A program made the position numbers and the translations under genes. Positions 14,790-31,209 of a stretch of DNA of 64,000 nt are shown one piece after another. Positions within the stretch are counted from its first letter, which is position 1; each line of letters opens with the position of its first letter. The notes below the pieces were generated by a model. That model was not told the origin of the DNA. It was given only the letters and a program-made list of their open reading frames with translations, and did not search any database. This stretch comes from the human T2T-CHM13v2.0 reference genome, Homo sapiens. The stretch lies in the NCBI RefSeq assembly GCF_009914755.1, contig NC_060936.1. One strand, written 5' to 3'.

Positions 14790-16904
14790 CTACAAGCAGT
14801 TATAGAATTTAATTAATTGGGGAAAAAATGTAAAATTCACATAGAAAAACTGAGGTTTCTAGGAACGAATTTAGCAAAACATGATTTTTATTGGAAAAAC
14901 ATATAAAATTTATTGAAAGACATTAACCTGAATAATGGAGAGATACGCCGTGGCTGTGGATAAGAAGACTCACTTTGGTAAAGATGGCAGTGTCCCTCAA
15001 CTTTGTAAGTGTAATGTACTTCCAATCAAAATCTTATTAGACTTTTTTGTGGAACTTTGCGAAGAAAGCAAGTCGAATGTCTGAGTATAAGTAAAGTCAT
15101 TGCTAGTCTAGTCAATATTTATTTTAGAAAATAGGATTTTCTTAAGACTTAGTCCCTCAATTCTTTTCTCACAAATCTTAAATTCCACAATGTGTGGGGG
15201 CTTTCAATTGCATAATCTTGACAGTGAGTTCAGAATACTGGTACATAGATAATTCTGCATATCCACTTTTAGGGAGTTAAACTCATGAATATTCTTTAAG
15301 AAATCTGAGGTTTTGTTAGGTTAGTGCCTTTGCTTTAGCTATTTTCGGACGTAACTGTGGGTTTTTGTTCTTATAGTGCTATATATGGTAAGCATAGAAA
15401 AGAAACACTAGAATGGATAATCTTCTAAAAAGCTTTGTTACCTGTAGTATTACACACATGAGCTTTAAATCTCTCATTAACCTTTATCTTTACCTTTGAT
15501 TCTGCTTGTGATTGAACCTGGTTAAATGTGGGAGAAATGTTTCTAGAAAAATTTAAAATCATTGTGAACCAATGACAAAGCAGTATTTTATAGCAGGCAT
15601 ACTGTAGTCAGAATAAATTTTTACAATGTTTTAGGTTTTTTTTTAATGCTTTCTATCCTAGTGAACTCTTGTTTTACTTTTTCTGTCATTGGTCATCTGA
15701 TGAGAAGCTAGTTTCTAGGCAGCTGAAAATAAGATGGATATAGTTTCAGTAATGTTTACAGTGTTAGCTGTATCACACTTTTGAAATCATTCAAAAACCA
15801 ATCCTGCTTGCCCCATATTTTACTACTATAGGAGGAACAGTCAGAGATAGTATTGTTGTTATTAACTTCTGTTGGTAAAGAAGCTTAATTAAGGTTTTAA
15901 GAGTTGATTATACTTTCTATTAATATTTTTATAGATTTAGGGACTACAAATGCAGTTTTGTTACATGGATGAACTGCATAATGGTGAAGTAAGGGCTTCT
16001 AATGTAGCCATCAGCTGAATAGTGTATATTGTACTCATTTAATAATTTATCATCCCTCTCCTGCCTCCCACCCTTCTGAGTCTCCAATGTCTGTTATTCA
16101 CGCTCTATGTGTATACATGATTTAGCTCCCACTTATAAGTGATAACATGCAGTATTTGATTTTGTATTTCTGAATTATTTCCCCTAAGATAATGGCCTCC
16201 AGTTCCATCCATGTTGCTGCAAAAAACATGGCTTCCTTCTTTTTTATGGCTAAGTAGTATTCCATGGTGTTTGTGTCTTTGTGTTTGTGTATGTGTGTGT
16301 GTACATGAGTGTGCCACATTGTCTTTATCCAGTCATCCATTTATGGACACTTAAAGTGTTTCCTAAGATAATGGCCTCCACTTCCATCCATGGTGCTGCA
16401 AAAAACATGGTTTTATTCTTTTTTATGGCTGAGTAGTATTCCATGGTGTGTGTGTGTGTATCCATATATGCTACATTGCCTTTATCCAATCATCCACTGA
16501 TGGACACTTAGGTTGTTTCCATATCTTCACTATTGTGAATAGTGCTGTGATAAACATACAAGTGCAGGTGTCTTTTTGATAGAATGATTTCATTTCCTTT
16601 GGGTATATACCTAGTAGTGGAATTACTAGATCCAGTGATAGTTCTATTTTTAGTTTTTTGAGAAATCTCCATACTGTTTTCCATAAAGGTTGTACTAATT
16701 TCCATTCCCTCCATTCCCACCATTCCTTTTCTTCTGCATCCTTGCCAACATCTGTTATCTTTTGAGCTTCTAATAATAGCCATTCTGACTGGTATGGATG
16801 CTTTTTCACTGTGGTTTTACTTGTATTTATCTGATAATTAGTGATGTGGAATTTTTTTTCATATGTTGACCATTCATATGTGTTAGTTTGAAATTTTTCT
16901 GTTT

Positions 16905-18190
<1,286 letters not shown>

Positions 18191-20028
18191 AATCTGTGTT
18201 CTTTGCCCACATTTAAATGAGTTTTTTTGGTTGCCATTGTTGTCATTGAGTAGTTTGAGTTCCTTGTAAATTCTGAATATTAGTCCTTTGTTGGAGGCAT
18301 AGATTACAGATGTTTTCTCCCATTGTTAGGTTGTCTGTTCTCTCAATTATTTCCTTTGCTGTACAGAAGTTTTTCAGTTAAACTAAGTCACTTTTGTCTA
18401 TTTTTGTTTTTTGTTGGATTTGTTTTTGAGATGTTAGTCATAAATTCTTTGTGTAGGCCAGTGAACAGAGAGTTTTTCCTAGGTTTTTTTTAGGACTTTT
18501 ATAAAAGTTTCAAGATCTTGAATACACCTTGCGTTAATTTTTGTTGTTGTTGTTTTTCCACCTTGAGTTAAATATTTTATATAGTGAGAAGTAGGGGCCC
18601 AGTTTCATTCTTCTGCATGTGGCAATCCAGTTTTCCCTGTACCATTTATTGAATAGGGTCTCCTTTCCCAGCGAATGTTTTTGTCAGCTTCGTTGAAGAT
18701 CAGTTGGCAAAGGTATGTGGCTTTATTTCTGGGCTCTCTATTCTGTTCCATTGATCTGTGTGTCTATTTTTGTACCAGTACCATGCTGCTTTGGTTACTA
18801 TAACCTTGCAGTTTAATTTGAAGTTGGGTAATGTGATGCCTCCAGCTTTGTTCTTTTTGCTTAGTATTGCTTAATCTATTGAGATTCTTTTTTTTATTTC
18901 ATATGAGTTTTAGAATTGTTTTTTCTAATTCAGTGAAACATGATGTTGGTATTTTGATAGAAATTACATTGAATCTGTAGATTGCTTTGGGCGGGGAAGT
19001 ATGAGTTATTTTAACATTATCGATTCTTCTGATCCATCAGCATGGGATGTTGTTCCACTTATTTGTGTCATCTACAGTTTCTTTCATCAGTGTTTTGTAG
19101 TTTTCCTTATAGAGGTCTTTCACCTCCTTGATTAGATGTGTTCCCTGGCATTTTACTTTTTTTTTTTTTTTTTTTTGGTAGCTTTGGTAAATGAAACTGA
19201 CTTTGATTTGGTTCTCAGCTCGATTGTTACTAGTGTATAAAATTGCTTCTGGTTTTTGTAAGTTGATTTTGTATGCTGAAACTTTACTGAGTTCGTTTCT
19301 CAAAGAAGTCTTCGTGGAATCTTTAGAGTTATCTAGGTATAAGATGATATTGTCAGCAAACAGAGATAACTTGGCTTCCTCTTTTCCAACTTGGATGACT
19401 TATTTCTGTTGCCTCTTTTCTGGCTGTGACTTTTAGTACTATACTGAATCGGAGTGTGTAAGTGGGCATTTTTGTCTTGTTCCCATTTTTAGCAGGAATT
19501 CTTTCAACTTTTCTCCATTCGTATGATATTGGTTGTAGTTTCGTTGTTTGTGACTTTTATTATTTTGAGATATGTTCCTTCTGTGCCTAGTTTGTTGCAG
19601 GTTTTTATCATGAGATGTTGAATTTTACCAGATGCTGTTTTTGCGTCTATTGAGATTATTATATGGTTTTTGTTTTTAATTTTGTTTAGGTGGTGAATTG
19701 CATTTATTGATTTGCATATGTTGAACTTCCTTTGCGTGCCTGGAGTAAAACCCACTTGATCATGGTGTATTATCTTTTCGAATGCTGTTGTATTCAATTT
19801 GCTAATATTTTCTTGAGGAATTTTGCATCTATATTCATCAGGAGATATTGATCTGTAGTTTTCTTTATTTGATGAGTCCTTGTTTGGCTTTGGTATCCGG
19901 GTGACACTGGCCTTGTAGAATTAGAAAGGGAAGATTCCCTCTACTATTTTGGAACAGTTTCAGTGGGATTGGTACAAGTTCTTTGTATGTCTGGTAGTAT
20001 TCAGCTCTGAATCTGTCCTCTCCTGAGC

Positions 20029-20063
<35 letters not shown>

Positions 20064-20064
20064 G
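20029..20064. repeat. (TTG)~12 microsatellite
   Basis: ttgttgttg... run; source of the poly-Leu in ORF 20029..20235. Confidence 0.95.
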
Positions 20065-20514
20065 GGAGATTTTCATCTTACTGATTTAATCTTAGTACTC
20101 ATTATTGGTCTGTTCAGGGCTTCCAGTTCTTTCTGGTTCAATACAATCTTGGGAGGTTGTATGTTTCCAGGAGTTTACCCACTTCCTCTAGGTTTTCTAG
20201 TTTGTGCATGTAGTGATGCTCATAGTAGTCTCTGATGACCTTTTGTATTTCTGCAGTATCCGTTATAATATCTTCTTTTTTATTTCCGATTGTGTTTATT
20301 CGAATCTTCTCTCTTCTTGGTTAGTCTAGCTAGCAGTCTGTCCGTTTTGTTTCTCTTTTCAAAGAACTAACTTTTCATTTCATTGATCTTTTTGTATTGT
20401 GTTTTTGGTCTCAGTGTCACTTACTTTTCCTCTGATCTTTATGTCTTTTCTTCTGTCAAATTTGGATTTAGTTCTTGTTTTTCTGTTTCATTGGGTGTGA
20501 CATTAGGTTGTTAA

Positions 20515-20516
<2 letters not shown>

Positions 20517-20563
<47 letters not shown>
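20517..20563. repeat. (TG)~23 microsatellite
   Basis: Uninterrupted tg run. Confidence 0.95.
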
Positions 20564-20565
<2 letters not shown>

Positions 20566-23500
20566 AGACAGCAGTATAAACTTTCCTCTTAGCACTGCTT
20601 TTGCTGTATCCCAGAGGTTTGGTATGTTGTATCTCCTTTTTCATTCATTTAAACATTTTTTAAAATTTTCATCTTAATTTTGTTGTTGACCCAAAGATCG
20701 TTCAGGAACATGTTGCTGAATTTCCATGTATTTGTATAGCTTCAAGAATTCCCCCTTGGGATTGATTTCTAGCTTTATTTCACTGTGGTTTAAGAAGATA
20801 CTTGATATGATTTCAATTTAAAAAAAAATTCTTTAAGACTTGTTTTGTGGCATACCATATGGCCTATTTTGGAGAATGTTTCATGCATGATGAAAAAGAA
20901 TGTATATTCTGCTATTTGGGGCTAGAATGTTCTGCAAATGTCTGCCAAATACATTTAGTTTAGAGTCCAATTTAATTCTGGTGTTTCTTTGTTGGTTTTG
21001 TGTCCTGATGATCTGTCTAGTGCTGTCAGTGGAATATGGAAGTCCCCCACTATTATTGTATTGCTGTTTATATCTTTTCTTAGGTCTAGTAATATTAGTT
21101 TTATGAATCTGGGTTTGGGTCTTCTGGTGTTGGGTACATATATATTTAGGATCGTTATGTCTTTCTATTGAATTGATCCCTTTATAATAACTTTGTGTAT
21201 TTTTTTACTGTTTTTGATTTAAAGTCAGCTTTATCTGATCTAAGTATAGCTACTCCTACTTGTTTTTGGTTTCCGTTTGCATGGAGTATCTTTTTGCACC
21301 CCTTTCTTCAGTCTGTAAGTTTCTTTACCACTAAGGTGAGTTTATTGTAAGCAGCATATAGTTGGATCTTGTTTTCTAAATTCGTCCTGCCAATCTTTAT
21401 CTTTTAAGTAGAGCATTTAACTCATTTATGTTTAAGGTAAATATTGATATGTGAGGTTTTATTCCTGTAGTAATGTTAATTGTTATCACATTGCTTTGTA
21501 GTTTCGTTGGTGTAATTATTTTACAAGACCTGTGGATTTTTTACTTTCTTACATTTTTATGATGGCAAGTATTGACCCTTCATTTCCATGTTTAGACTTC
21601 CCTTGATCATTTTTGTAGAGCCAGTCTAGTGATGACAGATTCCCTCAATGATTGTTTTTCTAGGAAAGACTTTATATCTCCTTTATTCCTGAAGCTTTTT
21701 CTAGCAGGATACAAATTTTCAGGTTGACAGTTTTTTTTTTCTTTAAGCCTATTTTGAAAATAGAATCCCAGTCTCTTCTGACTTGTAAGTCATCTGCCAG
21801 GAAGTCTGCTGTTAGTCTGATGGAGTTTCCTTTGTAGGTGTCCAAATGCTTTTCTCTTGCTGAGACCACACAGTCTGATGACTCTATGTCATGGTGAGGC
21901 CCTTCTTGCAATGTATTTTTCTGGGTTTCATTGAGCCTCTTACTCTGGATGTCTAGATCACTTGCTGGACAAGAGAAGTTGGTTTTCCAAACTTTTTGCT
22001 TTCTTTTCTTTTCTTTCTCGAGAATACCTACAATTCCTAGATCCAGACATTTTATTGTAGTCTCCTACTTCTCAAAGGCTTTGTTCATCTTTAACATTCT
22101 TTTTTCTTTCTTCAAAAGACCTGTCTTTATGTTCTGAGATTGTTTATTCTCCTTGATCTAGTTTATTGTTGAAGCTTTCATCTGTATTTTGTAAATCCTT
22201 CAGTGAATTTTTTATTTTCAAAAGATTTCATTTATATCCTTAATTGATATTCTGTTTCTTTGTGTTGGTTTTTCACATTTTCCATGAATCTCATTGAGCT
22301 TCCTTAAAAATCAATATTGTGAATTATTTAGCATTTCAGTAATGTTGGTTAGGATTTATTGCTAGAGAGTTAGTGTGATCCTTTGAGGGTATCGTAACAC
22401 CCTGTTTTTTCAAACTTCCAGAATTATTACACTGGTTCTTTCTCGTCTGGAAAAACACATTTCTCAGTTTGAATTAATTTTTGTTTGAACGAGACTGTTT
22501 TCCCTTGAGGATGTGACTGTAATGTATGTTGAATATGGTCATTTGGCTTTGCTTCTGGGTGCTTTTAGTGGCAAAGACTCTATATGAATTTCCTGGTTTT
22601 AGATAGCCTTTGGTGGCTTTCTCAAACATCAGGTGTGATAGTGGTATACTTGGCTTGTGAGCAGGCTCACAGCCTCCTGTAAGTCAGGGTAGCAGAGGTC
22701 TCAAGAAGTGTATCTTGTTCCCAAATTGTGTGCATTTATGTTACCAGATTGGGTTGTGCAGTTCATCTCCAGGCCAATAAGTAGCATTTGCAGGTATGAG
22801 TCAGCTTCAGTGGTAACAGTGGGGTTTACGCTTGACCTTTGTTTGCCAGGGAAAGCTCAGATATTCTGATGACTGGCAGAGGCACCAGCCCTGACAAGGG
22901 TGGCAGGGGAGAGGGGAGTCATTGGGCCACTGGTAAAATGCACTGAGGTCTCTTGTGGAGAGGGGTGGGATGGGGGGGTGTGGGCCAGGTGATGAGCTGT
23001 CTTAGCACCCTGGCCTCAGCAGGCAGGAATGTGATGTTTCCCTCTCACACTCCTATTCTGGTGCTCAGGTTGTTCAGTTCTCTTAGACACTGCTGTTTAT
23101 CTCCAAGCTGCAATGTAGCCTAGAACTACAGGAGATGCTTGCCCCATGGCTTGACAGTACACTTCTGTGCTATCTGGAAATGGGTGCCATGCAGACTCTG
23201 CTCCCTCCCCATGGCAGGACCCCTGAAACTCTAGGCAGAGAGTGGGACAGGACCCACCTTTCTCATGAACCTGGGCCCAGAGGCCACTGCCAGTGGAACT
23301 GCAGTTGCCCCTCACAGCTTCAGATAGCCTGCCCTCTGGTTTCTTGTGCCAGCTTCCCATGGGAGCAGCAATTACTGTGTCTGCAGCAGTGGGTGGAGGG
23401 GGAGGAGAAGTTCCCTTCTCTATGTCTGGGCTCAAGCACAGAGGCCACTTGGCCAGTGGTACAGGACCTTACTCCTCACTTGCAGTGCTGAGCAGAGTTT

Positions 23501-24170
23501 GTGTCTCTGTGTCTCTGCCAGGAGCAGGCATTCACTTGCAGCCCCAAGCAGAGAGCTCTTGGGGGGTGCTGGAAAATGCATGCTTTGGTTTCCTTTGTCC
23601 CAGAGGCTGTCCTTTTGGTGCACTGCACTTTTCCTTCTCTTAAAAGTAGCACTCCTTGTGGGATAGATTATTGGGAACCCTGCAGCACCCCGGGTCTAAC
23701 TAGCACTGTGCCACTGCTGCCTGCTGAGTGGGTGCTGGGGAATGTCAGCAAGAGCTCCCAGGATGTGGAAGCACAAGGGCTGAGGTTCCCTGGGCAAGAT
23801 AAAGTCCCCTGATGGATATGCTCTGATAATGATGCCTTGCCACAGATGCTCGAGTCTAGGATGGTGGGAAGGTGAGCAACCCAGCGTGAGCTTGCAGTCT
23901 GGTGTAACACCCTCAAGAAATCCCTACCCATACCACAGTCTAGGTTTGTGAGAGCAGAGGAGCTCTCCCATAGATCGCATACTAGCACTCTGCCACAGGA
24001 ATGAAGGATCCCAAACACTCTCGCTTACCCTTTCCGTGCAACACCAAGTCCCTTGGGGCTCCCAGCCACTCTTTTTTGGCCTCTCACTTCCTTCTTTTTC
24101 TATGCCTAAATTTTTTCCTGTGATTTTTGTGTACTAGTATTCTCTCTCTGATATTCTGTTAGAGCTGTGA

Positions 24171-24481
<311 letters not shown>

Positions 24482-25003
24482 TAATTTTGGTTCTTTTTTC
24501 TGAAGAGAACTGGAACTTGATGTCTTTAGTCAGCCATCTTGAACCTCTCTCTCTGATTATGATTATTATAATTAACCTTGCAACCCTTGATAACTGGTTT
24601 CCTTTACCTCCGAAACACACAATAAAGTACATAAAATTATTTGCAAGCTTCTTGTAAAAGAACCATTTTTTCTATTTACCATATTGCATTTTTAAATTTA
24701 TTTTGACAAATTCTTACGGTTATTTCCATTTTTATTCAATGAGAAGCATTTTCTTGAATACGTATATTTGTATTTTTATGTCAGTATTTGTCATTAAGTA
24801 GTATATATTTATAGAACAATAGGAATAATACTTTATACAAATGAAGTCTTGTCTTTCTAATACTAAGGGGCATTACAGTTTTCAAATATCCTTTGAAGTA
24901 GATATGTCTTTTAATATAAAAGGAAATATCAAAAAATAGATGGCTGTTCTACTGTTCCTGTATTTTCAGGTATTTTCCTTAACCAATTTCTTTTATTTTT
25001 TAG

Positions 25004-25131
25004 GTACCTAGTCGATAGTCGCTGGTTCAAACAGTGGAAAAAATATGTTGGCTTTGACAGTTGGGACAAATACCAGATGGGAGATCAAAATGTGTATCCT
25101 GGACCCATTGATAACTCTGGACTTCTCAAAG
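25004..25131 (+). CDS. USP15: USP15 coding exon (probably exon 2), DUSP domain
   Basis: Acceptor ttttattttttag|G. Reads (W)[42 protein letters not shown], recognised as USP15. Donor AAG|gtcatt. 128 nt. Confidence 0.97.
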
Positions 25132-26641
25132 GTCATTATTTTCTTCCTTCAGTCAAGTTGTAAATGTGTTAAATTTCATTATATAAATGTCAGTGGGTTG
25201 AATTTGGAAAATGTTAGCGCAAATAAGTTGATAAAGTTTTGCATTACAGATTTTACCTAATGAACTCATTATTCTAATAAGTTATTAAAAATTTTATTAG
25301 TTATTATTCTGTATGACAAGTTTTGTTTTTCATTTATGATGTAATAAGGTTTTATTGTTGTTTAAACCCTTAAATGAAGAACTGATTTCTTCATTTAAAG
25401 ATTTCATTATTAAGTAATCATTATTTAATGATTATTTATTACTAAATAATAAGACTGATTATTTGTTATTAAATAATTAAACACTGATTATTTTGAGAAA
25501 TGCTATGTCACATATTGTTTTTCCTAGTGGACACATGACATTTTTTAAAATTTGAGGAATAATCATATATGCTTAAGTTCTTAAATTTTTGCATTAGCTT
25601 TCTACAACCCTCACTACTTGCCAGTCCTTCTATATACCTCTTATTATGGGTAAAGGGAACAAAACATAAGTACCAGAACTTCCATTTCTAACAGTGGTTC
25701 TCAAAACACTGTGTATCAGGCAACGGAAAACAGTGATCCTTGAGAGATGCGAAACAAAATAGGTAAGCCCTCCAACTGCCTTCAGTTTACTGCATTAAAA
25801 GAGATTTCCAAGACACAACATGGGAAGATGAAACCCATGCAGACCCTTGCTATCTCCCTTAGTTGAGGAAACAGAGTTTGCAGTCTAGGAAAACCAAGGC
25901 TACAAGAGTCCAGGAAAATACCAGAAAGTAGTGAGTAGCTCAGAGAGAGAGAGACCTAGACCCCCCCCCATAGGGTTGCTCTTAAGTCTTCAACTATTAA
26001 ACCGCACTTTGCATATAAGAAAACTGCCCAAGGTCAGACAAGGTACCACTGAAAAGAAGGAACAATCATCGAGGCTAATATAGGATTGGGAATCGTTTGT
26101 GTTCTCAGCAGCCAGAGTGGAAAACCACATAATTTAGAGTAGACTTCTGAGAACAGTTTTACTTATGTAATAGGGTGAAATTAATTTTCCTGCTCTGCTA
26201 ACCTGAGAGCATCAAACTATTTCGAAGAAACTTAACTGCATTTCAGAATAAAACTTGAGTATTTATAAGAATACAAAAATATCCAGCATACAAAAATGTA
26301 AAATTTATAATGGCTTGGATCTGACCAAATATTACCTGGCATGTGAAGAAGCAGGAAAATATGATCAATAATGACAAGCAATGTCAATCTTAAAAACAAA
26401 TCTCCCCCACAAGACATGGAAAAAATTAATAAAGAACAGATGAGACAAATACAAAATTAAAAGTTGCTAGATTGAAACCCAGCTCTATGAATAATCACAT
26501 TAAATGTAAACACCTCAACTAAAGGTAGTGAGGGTGAGACTAGATTAAAAAGTTAAGAACCAGCTATAACTGCCTACAAGAAACTCACTTTAAATGCAAG
26601 AACACAGATAGATTAAGATATGGAACAAGATAACACCAGGC

Positions 26642-27225
26642 TGTGGTAAGCAAGACTAACCCCCAGTGATCCTCACTCTTGTATAATACTCTCCCCTTTG
26701 AGTGTAGGTGAAACCTGTAAATAGGATGAAGATATCACTCTTGTGATTATGTTATGTGGCAAAAAGAGACTATCCTGGTGAACGTAATCTAATCACACAT
26801 ACCCTTTAAAAACAGAGAGTTTTCTCTGTCTGGTGGCAAAAGAATTCAGAGATGCATGAAAGAGGGTCAATATGTCATTGCTGGTTTGAAGTTGGAAGGA
26901 ATCATGTGAGATGCAAGGCAGGCAGCCTCTAGGAACAGAGAGTGGCCTCAGGTTGACAGCCAGCAAGGAAACGGGAACCTCAAACTCACAACCATGAGTA
27001 ACTGAATTCTGCCAACAACTGAATGGGCTTGGAAGCAGATTCTCCCTCAGACCTTCAGATAAGAGCCCAGCAGGGGTGATATCTTGACTTCAGCCTTGTA
27101 AAGCCCTAAGCACAAATCCATTTGGGCCCTCCTTAACTACTGACCCACAGAACTGTGAACTAATAAATCGGTGATGTTTAAGCCACTATGGTAATTCATT
27201 ATGTAACAGTGGAAAACTAATAACA
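26642..27225 (+). mobile_element. MLT1E-like solo LTR
   Basis: tgtggtaagc...cacagaactgtgaactaataaat...ggaaaactaataaca. TSD caggc/catgc. Confidence 0.85.
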
Positions 27226-29050
27226 CATGCTAACACTGTTTTTTAAAAAGCCGGAGACATTAAGTTTCAGAATAAAGAACATAATCAGGGATAGAAAAGG
27301 TCACTTGATAATGACTAATGGGATGGGATAGTTCATCAAGAGAATATAGTAATCCTAAATACATACCTACCTAATGGCATAACTTGAAAATATGTGAAGA
27401 AGAGTGATGTCAGCAGGATGATAGAATAGAAAGTCCCAGCCCCCAACACCCAACAGAAACACTGAAGTAACAATGGACCAGACTCTTTATGAGAAACCCA
27501 AGATCCAGTTAAGAATTTGTAGTACTCCAGATGAGCCCAAAACTGAGAACAACAACATTGAAATGAGTAAGAACAATTTTATTTTGCCCACATCAGCCCC
27601 TCCTCCAAGGAGTCTTAGCTTAGTCTCAAGAGAGATTGTCTCAGATCAGGACCTCTCCCTTGGGGGAAAAGAGGGAGATCACGTGCTTAATTTTCCAGCC
27701 CTTCAGTGTACTACCCAACAGGCCAGTTTTCTAAAAAAAAATTTTGATCACCTTACATAGAGTGCTGAAGGAACCAGCATAGTTCTGATGCCTGGGGGCA
27801 GTTAACAAAGGAAAGAGGGTAGGTGGTTGCTGCAGCTGGAAGGCTCTGAGAGATTGAGAGAAGGCTAAGAACCTGAGGCTTCTCTCCCAGGAAGGAAGGA
27901 GAGGAGTGGGGGCATCCTGCACTGCCCATGCCTTTCAGTGTGCTGCTTGAGGGGCCAGTTTCTGTCATGCCTTATTGTACCAGAGAGCTGACATAGTTCA
28001 AATAACTGGGGGAAGTTAACAACAAAAGAAAAGGGATAGGTGGCTTGCTGCAGCTGCCACAACCCTGTAATATTGGGAGAAGGCATAGAACCTGAGACTT
28101 GTCTTCCAAGGAAGAGGAAAAGGAGTGGAGTGTACCCCCAGTGTTCCAGTCTTTCAGGGTACTGCTTGAAGGACTGACTTCTGTCTTACCTTACCCAGTG
28201 TTTGGTGGGGGCAGATAGGAACAAAGGAAGAGGGGCAAGTGGCTTGCTGCACTCAGCACAGCTCTACAAGATTTGAGAAGGCAGAGAACTCAAGGAAGAG
28301 GGAGACAAGTGGGATGTTCCTCTAATGTTCTGGTCTGCAGTATGATGTAAGATACCAGAAGGAGGAAGAGATTATGGGCTTCTGAAAAAAAGGAAATCAA
28401 CAAATCCTTCTAATTAGGAATCTGCATGCACAAGTACAGAAAAGACATATCCACAAAAAAAGTTTGAGATGTTCTCAGAATCTCTAGCCAGGCTTTTGGG
28501 TGGAAGTGAAGCTATTTGCCTTTCAAAGCCAGTTGATAAAGACTGGGAGAGAGGTGGCTGTTTCTTCAGTTGCACAAACACCTGTGCAAAGCTACAAGAA
28601 CTCAATCAGGGAAACGTGACACAAAAAAACAAAATCTCCAGAAACTGACCCTAAAGAAATAGAGATGAATTGCCTGACAGAGAATTCAAAATAATTGTCT
28701 TATAAAGCTCACTGAGTTACACGAAAACATAGACAACTTAACAAAACAAGAAAAATAAAAATTCACAAAATTAAAATATCAACAAGGAGCTAAAAATTAT
28801 GAAGAACCAAACAAATTTTGGAATACGATAACTGAAAAATTCACTAGAGGTCTTCAACAGCAGACTTGGACAAGTAGATGAATTGGCAAACTTGTAGACG
28901 GATCATTTGAAATTATCTAATCAGAGGATTAAAAATAATAAAAAAGCATAAAGGAAGTCCAAGTGACTTCTGGGACACCATCAAATGAACCAATTTGTGT
29001 GTATGGAAGTTCCAGAAGGAGGAAAGTGAGAGGGGCAGAAAGCATATTTA

Positions 29051-29682
<632 letters not shown>

Positions 29683-29789
29683 AGTGAAATAATGGCTGAA
29701 ACTTCCTGAAACTGGGAAGGGAAATTGGACATCTACATTCACGAAGCCCAAAGAGTTGAACAACACTGTTAATCAACTTGACCTAATTG

Positions 29790-31209
<1,420 letters not shown>

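Noticed and set aside
19037-21911. Reverse transcriptase-like and ORF1p-like peptides
   Set aside because: Frameshifted fragments of a dead L1, not an active element or domesticated gene.
23097-24018. Cluster of overlapping 100-118 aa ORFs on both strands
   Set aside because: They lie in the GC-richer L1 5'UTR where stops are rarer. No recognisable protein and no CpG island.
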